Of a DNA stretch of 64,000 bases, positions 9,167 to 17,970 are shown piece by piece (position 1 is the stretch's first letter; every line of letters begins with the position of its first letter). The stretch spans positions 5,631 through 69,630 of the forward strand of contig CAMAYM010000002.1 in assembly GCA_945862495.1 (NCBI GenBank). The letters are read 5' to 3'. The position numbers were made by a program, and so were the translations under genes. The DNA is from Bordetella parapertussis (GTDB lineage Bacteria > Pseudomonadota > Gammaproteobacteria > Burkholderiales > Burkholderiaceae_B). The notes under the pieces are model-generated. The model was not told the origin of the DNA. It made no database searches and was given only the letters and a program-made list of their open reading frames with translations.

Positions 9167-9759
9167 GTGAGCGTATGAAAAAAATATTGTCGATCATGTT
9201 GATATCCTTCTGTACGGGCCTATTTGCCTGGCCTGCACAGAGTTCGCCGCTGTTGAATACGCTGACAGATGGGCAGCACGTCTTGATGATCCGTCACGCG
9301 GATGCGCCAGGTTTTAGTGATCCATCGGGCTTCAAACTCGGCGATTGTTCCACCCAAAGAAACTTAGGCGAGCGTGGTCGTAAACAAGCCAAAGAACTCG
9401 GTGTCTGGCTCAAGAAGCAAGGCATTGAGTCTGCAGTCGTACTCAGTAGCGCATGGTGTCGTTGTGAAGAAACAGCGCGCTTGTTAGCGTTGGGCGCTGT
9501 GACAACGGTTCCGGAACTCGGTTCTTTTTTTCAAAACATGAGTGACTCCGGTCCGCAAACGAACGCGCTGAAGGCGCTACTCGCTAAAAGGCTCAAGGCG
9601 CCTGCGCCAGCAAAGCCTATGATTTTGGTGACACACCAGGTCAATATTTCCGCTTTCACCGGTACCTCCGCGGGTCAGGGCGAACTGTTGTTAGTCAAAA
9701 TCGATGCAAAGGGTGCGTTCGTCTCTGCACGCTCGATTGCAACGCCACATTCCGACTAA
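9163..9759 (+). CDS. histidine phosphatase family protein with signal peptide
   Basis: The RHA(D)APG catalytic motif is present (LMIRHADAPG) together with a downstream VTHQVN histidine. The N-terminus is hydrophobic (MKKILSIMLISFCTGLFAWPAQS). The start overlaps the MFS stop (ATGA). Confidence 0.7.
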   Translation: MSERMKKILSIMLISFCTGLFAWPAQSSPLLNTLTDGQHVLMIRHADAPGFSDPSGFKLGDCSTQRNLGERGRKQAKELGVWLKKQGIESAVVLSSAWCRCEETARLLALGAVTTVPELGSFFQNMSDSGPQTNALKALLAKRLKAPAPAKPMILVTHQVNISAFTGTSAGQGELLLVKIDAKGAFVSARSIATPHSD

Positions 9760-9827
9760 ATGTTGATCTCTTCAATTACGGCGATAATGGCCAATCTTTA
9801 GCAGGCGTGTTTAGGGGCAAGATCGGC

Positions 9828-10658
9828 ATGACCGAGCAAACAATCTATTTGTGGAAAGCTTTTTTTCTAGGCATCGTAGAGGGCATCACCGAGTTTTTGC
9901 CGATCTCGAGTACGGGTCATTTGATTCTCTTTGGTGACTGGATCAGCTTTGAATCAAACGAAGCCAAGGTCTTTGAGGTCGTGATTCAGCTGGGCTCAAT
10001 CTTGGCAGTAGTGTGGATTTTTCGCCATCGCTTGTTTCAGATGGTCCGAGGCACACTGCGTCTCGAACCCGTGGAGGTCGCCTTTACCCGCAATTTATTG
10101 ATTGCCTTTTTGCCTTCAGCCATTATCGGCTTGCTGTTCATCAAGGCCATCAAGGCATTGTTTTTTCATCCTGGGGTTGTTGTGGTGACCTTGGTGCTAG
10201 GTGGACTGATTATGCTTTGGGTGGAGCGCCGCCGCCCCGCCAACAGTGCGGATGCACCTCCGAATCAAGTTCAAACGATTGAAAAAATTACTTGGAAACA
10301 AGCGTTGATCGTGGGTTGTGCGCAATGTCTCGCCATGGTGCCAGGCACCTCCCGCTCCGGCTCCACCATCATTGCCGGCATGCTGTCGGGTATTCAACGA
10401 AAGACTGCGACGGAGTTTTCGTTTTTTCTGGCCATCCCAACGATGTTGGCGGCGGCCGTCTATGATTTTTATAAGCATGCCCATTTGCTGACGCAACAAG
10501 ATCTGCTGGCGATTGCGGTGGGGTTTGTGAGTGCTTTTGTGTGCGCGTTGGTGGTGGTGCGCGCCATACTTGTATTTGTCTCTCGACACACCTATCGGGC
10601 GTTTGCGTGGTATCGCATCGCGCTAGGTCTAGTGGTGGGGGCGTGGTTGTGGTTATAA
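9828..10658 (+). CDS. uppP: undecaprenyl-diphosphate phosphatase
   Basis: BacA/UppP signatures are present (GIVEGITEFLPISSTGHL; PGTSRSGSTI). ATG at 9828. Confidence 0.92.
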   Translation: MTEQTIYLWKAFFLGIVEGITEFLPISSTGHLILFGDWISFESNEAKVFEVVIQLGSILAVVWIFRHRLFQMVRGTLRLEPVEVAFTRNLLIAFLPSAIIGLLFIKAIKALFFHPGVVVVTLVLGGLIMLWVERRRPANSADAPPNQVQTIEKITWKQALIVGCAQCLAMVPGTSRSGSTIIAGMLSGIQRKTATEFSFFLAIPTMLAAAVYDFYKHAHLLTQQDLLAIAVGFVSAFVCALVVVRAILVFVSRHTYRAFAWYRIALGLVVGAWLWL

Positions 10659-10718
10659 GGCCTGAGACGTTTTTTTAAGTTCAAGTTCAAGTTTTGGAAA
10701 AAATAAAGGAGATTGAGG

Positions 10719-11591
10719 ATGCGTTTATTTAGCTATGTAGATAAGAACAATCAAAAACGCGTAGGCGTACTCAAAGCAGCGGATTCGCAGGAATTCGTGG
10801 ATTTGGCTGCAACTGATGCAACGTTACCCAAGAGTTTGCTAGAGATCATTGCAACGCCAGGTGCGATGGACCGTGTGCAGCAAGCCACTCAAAGCGGCTC
10901 TGCAGTGGTGCATGCTCTCAAGGGTGTGCGTTTCATTCCTTTGATTGATCGTCCAAGCAAAATTGTATGTTTGGGATTGAACTATGCAGATCACGCGGCC
11001 GAAGGCGGTCATGCGCGTCCGGAGTACCCAAGCTTTTTTATGCGTGGACCCAGCTCCATGGTGGGTCACCTTGAGCCGATGATTCGTCCTAAAGCGTCAG
11101 ACAAGTTTGACTTTGAAGCGGAGCTTGCGTTTGTAGTGGGTAAGACTGCCCGTCATCTCACCGCTGCAAATGCACTTGAATATGTTGCAGGGTATAGCGT
11201 ATTTAATGATGGTAGCTTGCGTGACTATCAACGCAAATCCACACAGTGGACCATTGGTAAAAACTTTGATGCTACAGGTGGCTTTGGACCTTGGCTCGTC
11301 ACGCCAGATGAGCTGCCACCGGGTGCTGACGGCTTGCGTATTCAGTCTCGACTGAATGGTCAAATCATGCAAGATGCCAACACCAAGAGCTTTCTGTGGG
11401 GAGTGGTAGAGACGTTGGTGCTGATTACAGAATGTATGACGCTTGAGCCAGGCGATGTCGTGATTACGGGCACGCCAGCCGGTGTGGGCTATGCGAGAAA
11501 GCCACCTGTGTTTATGAAGCAGGGCGATACGCTCGAAGTCGAAATTGAAGGCGTTGGCTTGCTGAGCAATCCTATCGTTGACGAAAAATAA
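10719..11591 (+). CDS. fumarylacetoacetate hydrolase (FAH) family protein
   Basis: The FAH fold pattern is present (IVCLGLNYADHAAE...FEAELAFVVGK...GDVVITGTPAGVG). ATG at 10719 lies 6 nt after AAGGAG. Confidence 0.85.
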   Translation: MRLFSYVDKNNQKRVGVLKAADSQEFVDLAATDATLPKSLLEIIATPGAMDRVQQATQSGSAVVHALKGVRFIPLIDRPSKIVCLGLNYADHAAEGGHARPEYPSFFMRGPSSMVGHLEPMIRPKASDKFDFEAELAFVVGKTARHLTAANALEYVAGYSVFNDGSLRDYQRKSTQWTIGKNFDATGGFGPWLVTPDELPPGADGLRIQSRLNGQIMQDANTKSFLWGVVETLVLITECMTLEPGDVVITGTPAGVGYARKPPVFMKQGDTLEVEIEGVGLLSNPIVDEK

Positions 11592-11646
11592 AAAATTTAT
11601 GACGCTTTGTACTTGAAGCTGTCATTGGTTTTGAAAAATCAGCAAT

Positions 11647-11677
11647 AAAAAGGGAGACACCACGGTGTCTCCCTTTT
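11647..11677. terminator. bidirectional intrinsic terminator between convergent genes
   Basis: A GGGAGACAC-CACG-GTGTCTCCC hairpin (9-10 bp stem) is flanked by AAAAA upstream and TTTT downstream. Confidence 0.65.
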
Positions 11678-11701
11678 ACGTGCGCACATTACGCTTGGCT
11701 T

Positions 11702-12898
11702 TTAGACCACGCCTTGCTCTTGGAACTTGGCGATCTCATCGGCTGAGTAGCCAACCTCTGACAGAACCTCTTGGGTGTGCTCGCCCCATTGAGGCGCAGT
11801 GGTGACCACATCGGCAGGGGTCCGGCTCAAGGTTGCAGGCTGGGTAATAAAGCCTTTTTCCTTGCCTGCTTTATCTTTGACCATTTTTGAAATGTTCGCT
11901 TGCTTGACGTGCTTGTCCGCAAACATCTGGGGCACGTTGTAGACGGGACCTGCAGGTACGCCTGCGTCGTTCAACGCTTCCACCCAATACTCAACGGTTT
12001 TGGTGCGGAACACTTCATTTAGGATTTTGTTGCAACGTGCACGGTTGACCGTACGTGACTTTTCATTGGCAAAGTCTGGGTCGGCAATCCACTCGGGATG
12101 CTGAACGAGCTCACACAAGCGAACCCAGTTGCCTTGGCCGGATGCGCCAAGGTTAAAGGCACCGTCGCTGGCCTCGAATAAGCCCATTGGCGTGGAGGTG
12201 GGGTGATCGTTGCCCGCTTGGCCTGCGACATCGCCCTCGTTGAGGTAGCGCGCTGCCTGGAAGTCCATCATCGCAATTTGTGCGTGCAATAGTGAAGCAT
12301 GGACCCACTGGCCTTTGCCAGAGCGCTCACGTTCTAGCAGTGCTGTCAGGATACCGATGCCGGCATAGAGGCCTGCACTCATGTCTGCTACCGCCAGACC
12401 AGCGCGAACGGGGCCTTGGCCGGGAATGCCCGTAACGGACATCAGGCCACCCATGCCCTGCATGATTTGGTCAAAGCCGGGGCGTGAGGCGTAGGGGCCC
12501 TCTTGTCCAAAACCAGAAATACTGGCCAGGATGATGCGAGGATTGACCTTAGCCAACGACTCGTAATCGATGCCGAGTTTCTTTTTGATGTCTGGGCGCC
12601 AGTTTTCGACGACAACATCAGCCGTTTTGACCAGGCGCATCATGATGTCGAGCGCACCGGGTTTTTTCAAATTGAGCGTCATCGCCCGCTTGTTGCGGTT
12701 GAGGTTTTGAAAATCTCCGCCTTCACGATTGCCGGCGAACATACCCTCGTTAGGGTCGACGCCTTTTGGAGGCTCGATCCGGATCACGTCGGCGCCAAAA
12801 TCGGCGAGCAGACGCACGCAGTTTGGACCTGCGCGCACGCGCGACATATCAAGAACACGAAGATTGGAAAGTGCAGAAGAAGCCTGAATCTTAGACAT
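11702..12898 (-). CDS. family III CoA-transferase (CaiB/Frc type), paralog of 4966-6183
   Basis: Motifs LSNLRVLDMSRVRAGPNCVRLLADFGADVIRIE and the overall 398-aa length. Confidence 0.85.
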   Translation of the reverse strand: MSKIQASSALSNLRVLDMSRVRAGPNCVRLLADFGADVIRIEPPKGVDPNEGMFAGNREGGDFQNLNRNKRAMTLNLKKPGALDIMMRLVKTADVVVENWRPDIKKKLGIDYESLAKVNPRIILASISGFGQEGPYASRPGFDQIMQGMGGLMSVTGIPGQGPVRAGLAVADMSAGLYAGIGILTALLERERSGKGQWVHASLLHAQIAMMDFQAARYLNEGDVAGQAGNDHPTSTPMGLFEASDGAFNLGASGQGNWVRLCELVQHPEWIADPDFANEKSRTVNRARCNKILNEVFRTKTVEYWVEALNDAGVPAGPVYNVPQMFADKHVKQANISKMVKDKAGKEKGFITQPATLSRTPADVVTTAPQWGEHTQEVLSEVGYSADEIAKFQEQGVV

Positions 12899-13018
12899 AG
12901 GTTTTTTATCAGTGTTGAATATTGAACTGTCTGTTTTATATGTTGCTTTGAGAATTATTGCAAGAGATACTAGGAGGCTTAAAATGGTAATAGAAAACGA
13001 TTACTACAAAGGACTTTC

Positions 13019-13801
13019 ATGGCTGAGTTATTGATCACCAAAAATGCAGCGGTTGGAACGATTACGATCTCCAACCCCAATAAAATGAATGCAATGTCAG
13101 TGCAGATGTGGATGGATCTTCCAAAAGCCATCCGTGCCTTTGATGCGGATCCCGAGGTGCGAGTCATCGTGATCACGGGTCAGGGTGAAAAAGCCTTTGT
13201 TTCAGGTGCAGACATTTCTCAGTTCGACACCTTGCGCAGTTCGCCCCAGACACAAAAAGATTATGAAGATGCTGTGGCCGACTCAATGATTGCACCGCTT
13301 GAATGTTCCAAGCCTATCATTGCAAAAATCCGTGGCTTTTGTTTTGGTGGGGGCTTGGGTTTGGCTGCAGCCTGTGACATCCGGATTTGTTCAGACAACT
13401 CCAGCTTCAGAATGCCAGCGGCACGCTTAGGTTTGGGCTACGGACACACAGGGATTAAGCGGTTTACTGATGTGATTGGTTTGGCCAATGCCACAGACAT
13501 CTTTGTCACTGCGCGTCGTTTTGATGCGGCTGACGCCCTGCGGATGGGTTTTGTGTCACGTGTGTGTTCCGTTGAGGAAATCGACGCTGTGGTCGAGCAG
13601 TACACCCAGGCAATTTCTGATAATGCACCACTCACCGTGGCAGCGAGTAAGTTTATTGTTCGTACGGTGTGCGCACAGCCTGAAGAGCAGGACATTCCTC
13701 GAGCTGAGGAAATGGTCAAAATCTGTTTTGCCAGCGAGGATTTCAAAGAAGGACGCGCCGCCTTTATGGAAAAGCGGCCGGCCCAATTTAAAGGTCATTA
13801 A
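13019..13801 (+). CDS. enoyl-CoA hydratase/isomerase (crotonase) family protein
   Basis: Crotonase motifs are present (VIVITGQGEKAFVSGADISQF; CFGGGLGLAAACDIRI). Confidence 0.85.
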   Translation: MAELLITKNAAVGTITISNPNKMNAMSVQMWMDLPKAIRAFDADPEVRVIVITGQGEKAFVSGADISQFDTLRSSPQTQKDYEDAVADSMIAPLECSKPIIAKIRGFCFGGGLGLAAACDIRICSDNSSFRMPAARLGLGYGHTGIKRFTDVIGLANATDIFVTARRFDAADALRMGFVSRVCSVEEIDAVVEQYTQAISDNAPLTVAASKFIVRTVCAQPEEQDIPRAEEMVKICFASEDFKEGRAAFMEKRPAQFKGH

Positions 13802-13809
13802 GCAGGCAA

Positions 13810-13829
13810 CGGCTGTCTTTCGACAGCCG
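13810..13829. terminator. GC-rich hairpin between convergent genes (weak terminator candidate)
   Basis: CGGCTGTC-TTTC-GACAGCCG is a perfect 8-bp stem. No strong U-tract follows on either strand. Confidence 0.4.
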
Positions 13830-13839
13830 AGATTTACGC

Positions 13840-14622
13840 CTATTCTCTTTTCGGAAACTGCATCAACATGATCGCAACACCATCGGCGCTGGCGCGGATG
13901 GTGGGTGCGGGCGCATCAGGTGCGACAAAAACCAGCGAGCGTTCCGTGGCAGCTTGTCCATTGATCTGACATTGCCCCCGCATGACGAGCCAGTACTGCC
14001 CTCGGCCCTCTGCCGGTGACGGCCCTGCAATGGCTGCCTCGCCCGTTGTCTGGAATAGCGTACACACCAAACCGTCATCTTCTTGGGGCACGATCGGCTG
14101 AGTGAGCACACCCTCAATATGGCTTGGACCGTCTGCATCCCCAATCATCGCAGGAATAGCGCCTAGGCCGTGACGATAGGACTTTGTCCGACCTTTGAGG
14201 GCCTCGCGATGCTCTGGCATCCAGCGTGCACCAGGATCCCAGCCGTTACGCAGGGTGAGGTACTCCACACCTGTGCTGTCAGCGTGAATAGGCGCATAGG
14301 GCGTAAAGGCCATGGCATAGTGCACTGTCAGACCCTCAATGGGTTTGATGCCAAACTTGCCTTCGCCGGACATAAAGACTTGAAACTGGTCCGCTTGATG
14401 ATAGTGACCAGGGATCATGCTGTTGGCGCCTTGCTCGACTAAAAAAGCGATCGGCTCAAGCGGAGGTGGAAACGCCTCAGGTGTGCGTGCGGGTAAGCCT
14501 TTTGCACGGCGCTCCACAGAGTTGATTCCCACGTACGACGATATCCAGGTGTCTGTGCCATTGGGTAAACGATAGTGGTGGCGCTCGTTGAACGCGTCTT
14601 CTTTTGTGACAACAGTCGTCAT
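13840..14622 (-). CDS. hypothetical protein, cupin-like
   Basis: A 260-aa ORF with a GGAGA Shine-Dalgarno sequence about 10 nt upstream of the ATG. It has a cupin-type metal motif region (IPGHYHQADQFQVFMSGEG) and a second beta-rich half. I recognise no specific family. Confidence 0.5.
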   Translation of the reverse strand: MTTVVTKEDAFNERHHYRLPNGTDTWISSYVGINSVERRAKGLPARTPEAFPPPLEPIAFLVEQGANSMIPGHYHQADQFQVFMSGEGKFGIKPIEGLTVHYAMAFTPYAPIHADSTGVEYLTLRNGWDPGARWMPEHREALKGRTKSYRHGLGAIPAMIGDADGPSHIEGVLTQPIVPQEDDGLVCTLFQTTGEAAIAGPSPAEGRGQYWLVMRGQCQINGQAATERSLVFVAPDAPAPTIRASADGVAIMLMQFPKRE

Positions 14623-14646
14623 GTCTAAAAGGTCTCCAACAATGAA

Positions 14647-15096
14647 TTAAAAGGTTTGGGCCGCGAGGCGAAAATTTTCGGGAACAGCAACAGGGCGCTG
14701 TGAGGCACGATTGACGCAGACATGTACAAACTGACCTTGTGCGGCAGCCTCGTCTGACTCGTCATTAAATACCGCGACCTCATAGGCGATTGAACTGCGC
14801 CCCATGCGACCGATCCGCACGCCGACTTGAATCACGCCGGGTGAAGAGATTTGACGAAAATACCGACACTCTGAGGCCACGACAAGCGTTTGATACTCAC
14901 CGGCTAATACCGAGCGCATCTCGACATGCAACAAAAATCCATCGACCGCTGTGTCAAAAAATGAATAATAGTGGGCATTGTTGATATGCCCATAAGAATC
15001 GTTATCCGCCCAACGCAAGGTAATCATTTCAAAAAATTTGAAATCACTTTTTGAAAGCGGGCCCGCGCGCGGTGTCTCTGCAGTCTGTTCGGTCAT
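14647..15096 (-). CDS. acyl-CoA thioesterase (4HBT/YbgC-type hotdog)
   Basis: The pattern LRWADNDSYGHINNAHYYSFFDTAVDGFL is typical of 4HBT thioesterases. The protein is ~150 aa. Confidence 0.8.
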   Translation of the reverse strand: MTEQTAETPRAGPLSKSDFKFFEMITLRWADNDSYGHINNAHYYSFFDTAVDGFLLHVEMRSVLAGEYQTLVVASECRYFRQISSPGVIQVGVRIGRMGRSSIAYEVAVFNDESDEAAAQGQFVHVCVNRASQRPVAVPENFRLAAQTF

Positions 15097-15119
15097 CACT
15101 ATGATCTAAAGGGGTTTGA

Positions 15120-16382
15120 TTAAACGGGTCGGTACTTTGTGGAAATCATGCACAGGGCTACAAAGACGCTCAATCCCAAGCTCCATGATAGCCAAAGGAC
15201 GTTTGATCCCCAATCTGTCAGCGCCAAGCCAAATAAAAAGGGTGCAGCTGCTTGCGCAAACTTTGACGGCATCATGAGCCAGCCTTGTCGTTGCCCGTAC
15301 CCCTTTGTACCAAAAATCGCGAGGGGCAAGGTGCCGCGGGCAATGATCAGGATTCCGTTACCAATTCCGTGCAAAATCACAAACGCCAGCGCAAAAGGGG
15401 CGCCAAAGACCAAAAGCAGCGCACCACCAATCGGGTGGGTCAGGGCGGCGAGACGGGTGCTCACAAGTGGATGCCAACGACGCATAAAAAAGAAATCGAT
15501 TAATCTGCCCAAGACTTGAGAGGGGCCGACCAAGGCACCAATTGTAAAAGCCACGGCAAGTGGCACTCCCATTCCCTCAAGCATACGCGGCATATGGATC
15601 ATCAGCCCCATGCCCACGAAGGAGTTGGCAGCAAAGACAAAAGCCAGCAGGAAAGCGGTGTATTTGCTCGGGATAGGTGCGGGACCTGTGATGGGTGGGG
15701 AGCTTGAAGAGGCGGAGGGTGCAGGGGCGTCTGAGAAGGCAGTGGTGGCGGTATTAGCCGTCGCAAGTGCGGTTCCGTTATTGGGCGTGACAGCGTCGGA
15801 CGTCCGTTCAGCACTCGCGCTCAGCGGGCTAGGCAGCAAGGCGTTGAGCGGCAGACCAACCACTATGTGGACGCAGGCCCAAAACCAGCACACTCCGCTC
15901 CAGCCGAATTTGCTTTCCACAAAGACAGAAACTGTCCAACCCACGAAACTCGCAAAGCCCGCAATCAGGGTCACGCCGGTTATCGGGTTACGCGAATTCT
16001 TGCCAAAGAGGCGTACAATGGCTGAGAAAGCCACTTCGAAAAGGCCTGCTGCCATGCCCAGTCCCAAGATGGCATAGCCAAAGAGCACGCTCCACATGCC
16101 CTCGGCAAAGCCAAGGCAGGTCAGACCTAGGGCGAAGATCAGATTGGAGGACATCAAAACAGGTCGTCCACCAAAGCGATCGACCATTTTTCCAACAAAC
16201 GGCCCCGCAAGGGCCGACACACCCAAAGCGATAGAAAAGCCCGCGAACAAGATGGCGGGCGACAGTGCGAGCTCCCTGCTAGCGGGGATGGCGATCACGG
16301 CGGGGAGGTAGTGCGCGCCGGCGCTGGCAATGACTTGGCCCGCGCCAGTGACGCTGACGGCGCGATAGATACGAGAGGACAT
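15120..16382 (-). CDS. MFS transporter
   Basis: A 420-aa 12-TM-like protein with a low-complexity central loop (TATTAFSDAPAPSASSSSPP). Confidence 0.75.
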   Translation of the reverse strand: MSSRIYRAVSVTGAGQVIASAGAHYLPAVIAIPASRELALSPAILFAGFSIALGVSALAGPFVGKMVDRFGGRPVLMSSNLIFALGLTCLGFAEGMWSVLFGYAILGLGMAAGLFEVAFSAIVRLFGKNSRNPITGVTLIAGFASFVGWTVSVFVESKFGWSGVCWFWACVHIVVGLPLNALLPSPLSASAERTSDAVTPNNGTALATANTATTAFSDAPAPSASSSSPPITGPAPIPSKYTAFLLAFVFAANSFVGMGLMIHMPRMLEGMGVPLAVAFTIGALVGPSQVLGRLIDFFFMRRWHPLVSTRLAALTHPIGGALLLVFGAPFALAFVILHGIGNGILIIARGTLPLAIFGTKGYGQRQGWLMMPSKFAQAAAPFLFGLALTDWGSNVLWLSWSLGLSVFVALCMISTKYRPV

Positions 16383-16479
16383 GCGAGAGTCTTGTCTGTC
16401 TAAGGGTTATTTTTTCCTTATTATCCACGTTAAATGACTCGAAACAACGTGCTCACGTCGAGGTTGTGCGATTCAGTGC

Positions 16480-16494
16480 CAAGCTTTAAGCTTG
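16480..16494. promoter_or_regulatory. 15-nt palindrome CAAGCTT-T-AAGCTTG, about 28 nt upstream of the M20 peptidase ATG
   Basis: Read directly. It lies in the divergent MFS/M20 intergenic region and is a possible operator. Confidence 0.35.
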
Positions 16495-16521
16495 TGCAAC
16501 ACTTTTTCCTGTGAGCCCACC

Positions 16522-17919
16522 ATGAGTCGTCAGCAAGCCATTGATTTAGCCACTGCCTATTTTGATGAGGGTCAATTTCAAACGACGCTAGAGCGCCGAG
16601 TCGCAATTCCGACTGAAAGTCAGGAGCCTGGAAAAATCCCCGTACTGACGGCTTACCTCACCGAAGAAATCTCACCGCTGCTGGTCAAGCTTGGCTTCGA
16701 CTGCAAAATCGTACCGAACCCGATTGAGGGCGGCGCTCCTTTCCTGGTGGCGAGTCGTACAGAGCCAGAAGCAAACTTCACGGTCTTGACGTATGGTCAT
16801 GGCGATGTCGTGCGTGGTTACGCGCCGCAGTGGCTCGAGGGCCTGTCACCGTGGAATTTGAATATTCGTGGCGATCGTTGGTATGGCCGCGGCACAGCCG
16901 ACAACAAAGGGCAGCACACGATTAACCTCGCCGCACTCGAGCAAGTCCTCACGGCCCGTCAAGGTAAGCTGGGCTACAACGTGACGTTTCTGATCGAAAT
17001 GGGTGAGGAAATGGGTTCACCGGGGTTGCGTGAGATGTGCACCTTGCATAGCGATTTACTCAAGGCCGATCTATTTCTCGCCTCTGATGGCCCGCGTGTT
17101 TCTTCATCGCGTCCGACCCTGTTCTTGGGTTCCCGGGGTGCCTTCAATTTTGAATTACGCTTGAATGTGCGTCAAGGTGGCCATCACTCCGGCAACTGGG
17201 GAGGTTTGCTTAAAAATCCCGGCATCCGCCTCGCACATGCGATTGCCTCGATCGTTGATCCCAAGGGTCGGATTTTGGTACCTAAATTGTTGCCAAGTTC
17301 GTTGCCCGACAACGTGCGTCGCGCCTTGGCCAATATTCAGGTGGGTGGAGGCGCGAACGATCCCGAGATCGATACCGACTGGGCCGAGCCCGGCTTGACA
17401 CCCACTGAGCGCGTGTTTGCCTGGAATACGTTTGAAACCTTGGCGTTTAAGACGGGTAACCCCGATGCGCCTGTCAATGCGATCCCTGGCTATGCGATTG
17501 CATACTGTCAGCTGCGTTATGTTGTCGGCAGTGATAATCAAAACTTCCTCAAGCATATCCGTGACCATTTGGATGCGCATGGCTTTAGCGATGTTGAGGC
17601 TTTACCTAGTCGTGGTGAGGCTGCTGAAGCGACGCGACTCGATCCCGATAATGCTTGGGTCAAAATGGCGGCAGCCTCTATTACGCAGACAACAGGTAAA
17701 GACGTTGATGTCTTGCCAAACTTAGGCGGCACCTTGCCCAATGATGCTTTTTCTAAAATCCTGGGTCTCCCGACAGTGTGGGTCCCGCACTCCTATGCGG
17801 CATGCTCGCAGCATGCGCCGAACGAACATATGCTGGGCTCAGTCGCCCGCGAGTCGTTACAGTTGATGGCGGGCTTGTTTTGGGATCTGGGTGACAAGGG
17901 CGCCAAGATCGCAGCGTGA
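16522..17919 (+). CDS. M20-family metallopeptidase (dipeptidase/deacylase type)
   Basis: M20 motifs are present (LTYGHGDVV; GRGTADNKGQ; EMGEEMGSPG). ATG at 16522. Confidence 0.8.
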   Translation: MSRQQAIDLATAYFDEGQFQTTLERRVAIPTESQEPGKIPVLTAYLTEEISPLLVKLGFDCKIVPNPIEGGAPFLVASRTEPEANFTVLTYGHGDVVRGYAPQWLEGLSPWNLNIRGDRWYGRGTADNKGQHTINLAALEQVLTARQGKLGYNVTFLIEMGEEMGSPGLREMCTLHSDLLKADLFLASDGPRVSSSRPTLFLGSRGAFNFELRLNVRQGGHHSGNWGGLLKNPGIRLAHAIASIVDPKGRILVPKLLPSSLPDNVRRALANIQVGGGANDPEIDTDWAEPGLTPTERVFAWNTFETLAFKTGNPDAPVNAIPGYAIAYCQLRYVVGSDNQNFLKHIRDHLDAHGFSDVEALPSRGEAAEATRLDPDNAWVKMAAASITQTTGKDVDVLPNLGGTLPNDAFSKILGLPTVWVPHSYAACSQHAPNEHMLGSVARESLQLMAGLFWDLGDKGAKIAA

Positions 17920-17970
17920 GCGTGCATCGCCATTGCATCGTAGGTTTCAATCTATCTGGAGTTGTAAAAG

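Noticed and set aside
10677-10693. A (AAGTTC) x 2.8 micro-repeat downstream of uppP.
   Set aside because: It is too short to call a microsatellite or binding array, with no associated structure.
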